Assembly (NCBI GenBank): GCA_964016885.1
Contig: OZ024751.1
Span: forward strand, 25,482,001-25,546,000
DNA: 64,000 bases
Source of the DNA: Eledone cirrhosa
Lineage: Eukaryota
Reading direction: 5' to 3'
A model generated the notes under the pieces. It saw only the letters and a program-made list of their open reading frames with translations, was not told the DNA's origin and did no database searches. Numbering within the stretch: the first letter of the stretch is position 1; each line of letters starts with the position of its first letter. Position numbers and translations under genes: made by a program. This document shows positions 55,666-64,000 of this stretch, in pieces.

Positions 55666-56562
55666 AGAGAAAGAAAGGAGGAGAGAGATGTGATGAGGCA
55701 GAGATTGATTAAAAAGAAAATAACTAAAAGAATATATCAACAAAATACAGCAACAAAAGAGAGGTATATATAAGACAAACAAAAAGTAAGATGGAAGAAA
55801 AGATGACCGAAGGGAATAATAGGAAATGATCGTCTGCAAAGTGTAGAGGTTGTAGGAGTGATGATCTGATATGACAGGAGTAGGAGGTGAGGGCAAGTGT
55901 GATGACAGAAAGGTGCTAGGCTGTGTTTTACTATGTGAGAGCGTCTGCTGGATGTGTATGTCTGTATGTATGTGTGTGTTTGTGTCTATATAGATATGTG
56001 TGTGCGTTTGTGTGTTTGTGTGTATGTGTATATATGTATATATGTGTATGTGTTTCTGTGTGTTTCTGTGTTTGTATGTATGCGTATGTGTATACGCGTG
56101 TATGTGTGTGCGTACATTTTTGTGTGTATGTGTATATATGTATATATGTGCATGTGTTTATGTGTGTGTCTGTGTTTGTATGTATGCGTATGTGTATACG
56201 CGTGTATGTGTGTGTGTGTGTGTGCATTTCTGTGTGTATGTGTGTATGTGTATGCCTGTCAACGTGTGTGTATCAGAGTGCTTATACTACATATCTTGTG
56301 TGTTTGCGTGTGTCACACTTTAAGTAAATCTGTGTACATGTTTGTGTAAGTTTGTGTATACGTGTGTGTGTGTGTGTTTCTGTAATTTATTTTAGGCGAA
56401 ATTGTGTATGCGTGTGCATTAGTTTATGAATGTGTGTGTATGTGTGTTAACATGTATGTATGTATGTGTGTGTGTATGTATGTATGTATGTGTGTCTGTA
56501 TGTATGTGTGTATGTATGTATGTGTGTCTGTATGTATGTGTGTATGCATGTATGTGTGTATT

Positions 56563-57200
56563 ATCTCTTTCTCTTAATTTCGAGTATATTTTTTTGACCG
56601 GCCACCTTCCTGGTGGCAAGGTTGTAAAAGAAAAGAAATTGTCATCCCTTCAATCACAGTGTGTATGTATGTATGTATGTATGTATGTATGTATGTATGT
56701 TTTCTCTTTCTCTTAATTTTGAGTATATTTTTTGACCGGCCACATTCCTGGTGGCAAGGTTGTAAAAGAAAAGAAATTGTCATCCCTTGAATCGCAAGAA
56801 TGTTTTGCAAATTTTGAAGGTGCCAGCTATCGCAGCCATTTGTAGACTATGAATTAGGGAGCTGCGCTTTTTGTCCGCAAATCCAAGTTCAGTCATACTT
56901 TGGTCCAAGCGGGTTGGTATATAACCCGCAGCTCCAATAATGATGGGTATGAAGCTAAAGGTGTATCTTGGATACTGGATTTGTAAACTCCTCATCAATG
57001 GTCCGTAGATGTCCTCCTTCTCCTGTATTTTTCTGACAACGTTTACATCAAGTGGGCAGCTGATCTCCACAACAGAACACGTTTTCAATGTGTGGTCCCA
57101 AACTACAATATCAGGCCGGTTGTGCTTTAATTTGGTGGCAGTTTTTATTTTCAGGTTCCACCAGTATTCCTTAGTGCCATCTGCTCAATATATTCTTCCT
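56563..57200 (-). mobile_element. Two tandem 3' ends of a REL-endonuclease LINE in (TATG)n
   Basis: EYWWN..HNRPDIVVWD..VVEISCPLDVNV..KIQEKEDIY (PD-(D/E)XK motif). The 3' UTR is repeated at 56563-56657 and 56700-56790. Confidence 0.88.
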
Positions 57201-57276
57201 CCTATGTATGTATGTATGTGTGTATGTATGTATGTATGTATGTATGTGTGTGTGTATGTATGTATGTATGCATGTA

Positions 57277-57309
<33 letters not shown>

Positions 57310-57481
57310 GTGTGGGTGTGTATGTATGTATGTGTGTGTATGTATGTATGAATGTATGTGTTTGTGTATGTATGTGTGTGTGTATGTATGTGTATGAAGG
57401 GTGGATCTGCATATGTCCCTGTGTGTGACAGTTTGTGGCCGTATATTTTGGTGTGTGTGTGTGTATGTGAGTGTGTATGTA

Positions 57482-57513
<32 letters not shown>

Positions 57514-59175
57514 CTAAATTGTTTACGTGTGTGTTGGAGCCATACACAGGGGGGAATATGGTAGGAGGGGTTGGGAAAGGTTGAAGGGAGAGGGTGTATA
57601 TAGGGGAGGTGGAGTAGGGATAAGGGGTTTAAGATAGGGCTGAGTGGAGAGGGAGTTGAGAAAATGGATGGAGATGGGGAGGGGGAGGGAGGGGGGAGTG
57701 GAGAGAGAGGGTGGATGTATGGGCAGGGGAAAGGGAGTGCAGAGATGGGAGGGGGAAGGGGGGGGGGGGGGGGGGGGGGGGGGAGATAGCTGAGAGTAAT
57801 ATCGTTCAGTGAGAGGGTGAACTGAGAGTGTGGCAGTGTGAGGAGTGAGGGGTGGAGAGAAGCAGGAGAGAGGGGTTAGAGAGAACTGGTGGATTGAGAG
57901 GCAGTGGAGTGAGAGAAGAGAGTGAGAGAAGGGAGAGCGACGGTGGAGTGGAGTGGAGTGGAGTAGAGTGAGAGAATAGAGTGAGGGAATGGAATGAGTG
58001 GTGTGGGAGAGTGGAGTGAGAGAATGGAGTGAGATAGTGGAGTGAGTGGAGTGAGAGAATGGAGTGAGAGAGTGGAGTGAGAGAGTGGAGTGAGAGAGTG
58101 GAGTGAGAGAGTGGAGTGAGAGGGAGTAAATATGAGAGAGGGTGAGTGACTGAGAGAGAGAGGCTGAAACAAAGGAAATGTGAGAGTGGGAACAAATCCA
58201 AGTTTGAATGTGGCTCTACATATACGTAGTGTGTAGGTGTATGTAAGTGTGTGTGTTTGTGTATGTGTGTGTAAGTGTGTGTGTGTGTGTGTGTGTAAAT
58301 GTGTGTGTATGTAAGTGTGTGTTTGTAAGTCTATGTGTGTGTGTGTATGTAAGTGTGTGTATGTAAGTGTTTGTGTGTGTGTGTAAGTGTGTGTGTGTAT
58401 GTAAGTGTGTGTGTGTAAGTGTGTGTATGTAAGTGTGCGTATGTAAGTGCAAGTTCGTGTGTGTGTATGTGTGTCTTTATGTTTGTACCGTTCTCTGTAT
58501 GTATATATGTGTTAGTATGCATATGTTTGTTGGTCGATCCGGTATGTATTGTTTAAGAGATGAAGTACTGGACGTAGACGTTAATGCTGAGGTCTAGGGT
58601 GTTGGAAACAATATGGAGGATCAGAGGAGAAGAGGCGATTAAGACATCGGTGCTTAAGTGGATGTGACGGGAGATGAACCAGAACTTTGGAGTAGTGGCC
58701 ATTATAGTTGTTGTGGAAAACACAGAGTCAGTCGTCAGTTGTTATTCATAATGGCAGCTTTTACAATCTAAAACAGTTTGAAATATCACCTTTAATCTCA
58801 TCGTTTTATATTGCCATAGAAAGGTAATTGTAACTCCAGCCAATAATACACCGCTTGTAGATTCATCATTATGTCAAATATTTCGACTGTATGTTCATTA
58901 TTTTTATAAGCGGAGTACATACGAAAGATTTCATTGGCAGAGAAAACGAAATTCAACGACAAAACAAAAATGAACATTTGTATAAAATTTATTCAATATA
59001 TGAAGATAAAATATATTATTTGATTAAATGCGATGTTAAACAAGCAGACGTCATCCAAAGTAAACTGACTTTTTCGTTAATGTTCTATATGTTGCTTGAT
59101 ATGAAGACAGATGCTATAAAGATCCTCCTGACAGGAGATTCAAAAGCGTTCTTACCTCCTGATGCTATGAAAGAT

Positions 59176-59357
59176 TGGATTGGCAGTATCGGTAGAGGGT
59201 CGGACGCCATGCTTTCCAGCATAGTTACGTCCCTTTACGATCTGAGTTCAAATCCCGCCGAGGTTAACTTTCCCTTTCATCCTTACGGGGTCGATAAAAT
59301 AAAGTACCAGTAATGCACTGGGTAATTGCTGGCCTTGTGCCTAAAGTAGAAACAGTT
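59176..59357 (+). mobile_element. SINE
   Basis: A and B boxes and full body. Confidence 0.9.
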
Positions 59358-59935
59358 ATGAGAGATTATCTTTACTGTATTTCTCCGAAAGTGTTCATTT
59401 TATGTGTTTGTGGTGTATGTGTGTGGGCATGTGTGTGTGTGTCTATGTGTGTGTATGTGTATGTATGTGTGTGTATGTGTGTGTATGTATGTATGTGTGT
59501 GTGTGTTACTGTGTGTGCGTGTGAGTGTGTGTGTATGCGTGTGTATGCGTGTGCGTGTGACTGTGTGCGTGTGACTGTGTGTATGTGTGTGACTGTGTGT
59601 GCGTGTGACTGTGTGTGTATGTGTATGTATGTATGTGTGTGTGTATGTGACTGTGTCTGCGTGTGAGTGTGTGTGTGTGTGCATGTATGTGTATATTTCC
59701 ATAGTTAATTTATTTGGCAATCAATGTTTATCATTGATTGAACAACTGTTAAAAATACAGATATAAATATATAAATATATATACTCTATCAAAGTTCTTT
59801 TGTCACACATCTGGTACTATTATGTTCACTCCTATTGTATTATTTTGTAATGTCTACGCCATTTTTATTTTATTGTATAACAATATTTGTTTCGACACAC
59901 GATTTCATATCAAAAACCTTGCAAAACAAATTCAT

Positions 59936-60343
<408 letters not shown>

Positions 60344-60349
60344 TAGGTT

Positions 60350-60530
60350 TTCTTCTTCTCCTACTTATTCCTGTGAGCCTCGTTGGGGTATGAATCTTCA
60401 ATCACTCCATCTAGCGGGTCCTGTCAGAATTAACCATCTCCAACTGGTCCAGCTGGATCTCCAAGCGATATCAGCCAAGCTCATGGATGTTATCCAACTA
60501 TCTTAGCTCGGATTCTACCCTTGGGTCTCG
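60350..60530 (-). mobile_element. Decayed RTE-like LINE 3' end
   Basis: RPKGR..LDNIHELG..RLEIQLDQLEMV.SDRTR, with stops and a frameshift. Confidence 0.55.
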
Positions 60531-60776
60531 AAGCGATAATAATTGATAAACACATTAACCCCACGGATAGAAAGGTCAGTATATCATATAATGATATAAC
60601 TAAACACAGCTTGTTCCTTAAGTATTGGATAACAATCATTAATTACTAATACTTCCACCCACTTAACAAAAGTTACTCTACATACTAACGATAGGATAAC
60701 AACTGGAAATGTTCATCAAACCAGAGTTATTGGACTCTGTTCATACATATTATTACTTTGTATACCTACATATTTA

Positions 60777-61120
60777 CTGTCGGGTCTCAAATAAGCCCCC
60801 ACCTCTATTATTAATTTTTCAGACCATCCCACTCTCTCAAACACCCACCCCTGCTTATTGAATTTTGCTAATCAATCTCCTGCAAAATTTTATTTTAAGT
60901 GGTAGCATTCCTGCGACAATTAAATTTCTTTATACATTAAAAAACATCATAGATGACAATAAAAGCACATTACTATAAATGACATACGTTATAAAATAAA
61001 CAATATGTAAACTAAGTGACTAATCCTGCTTTTGAAAATTAACGATTTTCCAACCCCCTCACTTATTATACTCACCCCTGCTTATTTCAACCGCACCCCC
61101 TGTTATTTAGAACCTGACAG
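60777..61120. mobile_element. MITE, Tc1/mariner/pogo-like (TA TSD)
   Basis: TA-ctgtcgggtctcaaataa ... ttatttagaacctgacag-TA inverted termini. Confidence 0.7.
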
Positions 61121-61261
61121 TATAAACCTTATGTATCAGTATATCCACACTGTGTAGATAGAAAATCCTAATGTATTAATATTTATATTTGAAAAACCTC
61201 CTCACTCCTGCAACTTCAATCGACTTTCTATATTCTCTTATTATTTACGTCACACATATTC

Positions 61262-61338
<77 letters not shown>

Positions 61339-61345
61339 TGTGTGT

Positions 61346-61443
<98 letters not shown>

Positions 61444-61518
61444 CATAAAGGCACTAATTAATAGAACATCCGTTTAAAAAGAAACCTGCACTGATAGGAA
61501 ATGCTTAGCCTACAAACT

Positions 61519-61857
61519 AGCTGCAAAACTAGGAACGGAGTATATAGCATAAGATGTAATGAGGGACAGTGTAGGAATAAGAACATTGCATACATAGGTG
61601 AAACATCCTGTAGCATAGGAGAAAGGATAAGTGAACACTGGTGAGAACTCCAGGATGGGAAAAACTCATCAGTACTCCACCAACATGACAAAATAGAACA
61701 TAGGGGCAGATTAGAGAAAATAGAGATAAAAATTATATCCACACACAGAAAAGATGCAAAGATCAGACAAATCACAGAGGCAACAAATATAAACAAACTC
61801 CAACCAAAATTAAACAGAAAACATGAGTGGAATAGCAACATCACAACTAGTAATTAA
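61519..61857 (+). pseudogene. GIY-YIG endonuclease remnant of a Penelope-like retroelement
   Basis: SCKTRNGVYSIRCNEGQC..AYIGETSCSIGERISEHW*..LHQHDKIEH..IRQITEATNINKLQPKLNRKHEW. One internal TGA and upstream frameshifts. Confidence 0.9.
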
Positions 61858-62171
61858 GGACAAAATAAAGACATACAGACACACACAAAAACCAAATTAC
61901 AGAAAATCACACAAAATCGTAGGACAGAACAAAGGAGAGACACCAATAACAAATCAGTCACTGAGGTGGTCACAGAATGTGTGACGAATGAGTTTTGACA
62001 ATATTTAAACAACCATACGACTATTGAAGCAAACAATCGAACATTTGTAATAAATTGAAGAGAAAACCACTAAACCAACAGGTGCGTGTGTTTTATTGGC
62101 AACATGACCCTCCCAAAGTGTAACACACATACACACACACACACACACACACGCACACACACACACACACG

Positions 62172-62348
<177 letters not shown>

Positions 62349-62437
62349 AAACATCTCACTACCAAACCAGCTTTTTACATAACGGTTGGTCAATATTTAT
62401 GGTACGTCAAAATTATTTATAAAATGTTTATATATTG

Positions 62438-62503
62438 TATTTTATCTGAAGAAGGCATGCCATATTTTTAATATGGTATCCCCGAAATATGTATAATGAA
62501 ATA
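62438..62503 (+). ncRNA. Family 3 hammerhead
   Basis: tattttat-CTGAAGA-aggcatgccatatt-ttt-aatatggtatcccc-GAAA-tatgta-TA-atgaaata. Confidence 0.75.
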
Positions 62504-63361
62504 AATATGGTTTTATAAATATAGTTTCCATTTGTTTAATATCGTATATATATATATATATATATAATCCAGGTCTAGCAAATAAAGAAAAAGTTTTAAA
62601 ATAAATTTTAAAAAATTCGCTTATGTGCCTTTACCGCGGTTTCAAGTTCCAAAATAAACGGATAATCCAAGCGGAACTCCATTGAGAAGGGAACTATCTT
62701 CTGAAGGCTCTTCTCGCTCGGAGAATATAAAATTCCCGAGTTTAACTCACAAACTGACGCCATACAAAACCATTCCCAGATGAGAGTGAATGATGAAAGA
62801 AATAATTCTGTCTGGTGCTGTGTGCAAAGACAAAAGGCAGGGTGGACAGGTCAATGTCCTACCACTAATAGATATATATGGGGTTGGGAGTATGAATATG
62901 ATGCTACCAATTCAGATTGTCAATGCAATTATTAGTACAGTTTTTAATAGTGCGTAGCTACTATTTAGACAGATATAAGTCTTTCAACCCAGCTTAACCC
63001 GGTCCACAACAGTTAAAGCTTATCGGTACGTATAAGCGTGTTAACATATTCGATATAAGATATGTATGTAAACTTTATATAGATATATGGAAGATGTGCT
63101 TGGGTGAACCTATTTTCATGCCATAATGGTATTAATCAAGAGGGCAATTATATATTGATAGCTTGTGTATAATGGCTGGTACTACTAACGACTACGGAGA
63201 AGAGTAAAAATACATCCATTTGCATGTATGTATGTTTGTAAGCGTCTAAGTATGCACTATACATACATACATATATATATATATATAAAGAAAAAAAGAT
63301 GAAATCGAAAATGCAACTGGAGTCTTATTTTTTTTTAAATATACATATATTTATTTGGTTT

Positions 63362-63397
63362 CTTTACCGGTTTCGCAGTTCTTCTGCTTTTCAAAAG
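63362..63397 (-). ncRNA. Family 4 hammerhead copy
   Basis: Reverse complement of 29129-29164, within fragment 63289-63432 bounded by microsatellites. Confidence 0.65.
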
Positions 63398-63430
63398 TAG
63401 AGTTGAGATGGAGGGTCTGTGATTTTTCTC

Positions 63431-63505
<75 letters not shown>

Positions 63506-63678
63506 AATATAGATTCAGCGAGAATCGCATTTCGGCGGGTAGAAAAGGCGAAACGAAACGCAAAAATCAGATATGATACTGGCAAGTGCTCGATAGTTAA
63601 ACATATATATATATAGTTAAATATATATGTACGTATACATACATACATACATACATACACACATACACAAGCACACAT

Positions 63679-63718
<40 letters not shown>

Positions 63719-64000
63719 GCATGGGTAGTTATTTTTGCAGTTATATTGATGTGCACTTCATATACCCCAAGCAAATTGCACATTCTACATATTTTATGGA
63801 TGTATAACCACATAATAAACAGGTATATACATTCATACGTAGGTACACCCACACGCACACACATATGTATATATATATATATATATTCCTATAAATGTAT
63901 ATAGTTACATATGCATATATATATATACGCGTATATTTATATATGCATACATACATATATATATATACATATACATACATATATACATACACACACACAT

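Noticed and set aside
61642-61644. In-frame TGA in GIY-YIG as possible selenocysteine
   Set aside because: It falls after EHW, not at a conserved Cys; more simply a CGA>TGA decay in an already frameshifted copy.

Overview
AT-rich eukaryotic non-coding DNA full of microsatellites ((TA)n, (CA)n, (GA)n, (TATG)n, trinucleotides). The SINE repertoire and repeat load suggest an octopus or other coleoid cephalopod (inference). I can support no intact host gene: almost all listed ORFs are translations of simple repeats. The window holds about 15-20 tRNA-derived SINE copies, 3' ends of REL-endonuclease, RTE and L1/Tx1-like LINEs, two Helitron-type elements, MITEs and several minisatellites. The main signal is 14 type I hammerhead ribozyme (HHR) motifs with intact cores, from about 7 sequence-unrelated families, plus decayed and half ribozymes. 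Most lie in short Penelope-like (PLE) terminal-repeat fragments inside (TA)n tracts, often as near-perfect fold-back palindromes. A decayed PLE GIY-YIG endonuclease lies at 61.5 kb. One family appears to be repeatedly folded back at the ribozyme's own helix II, which removes the CUGANGA strand. All alignments and folds were done by eye.
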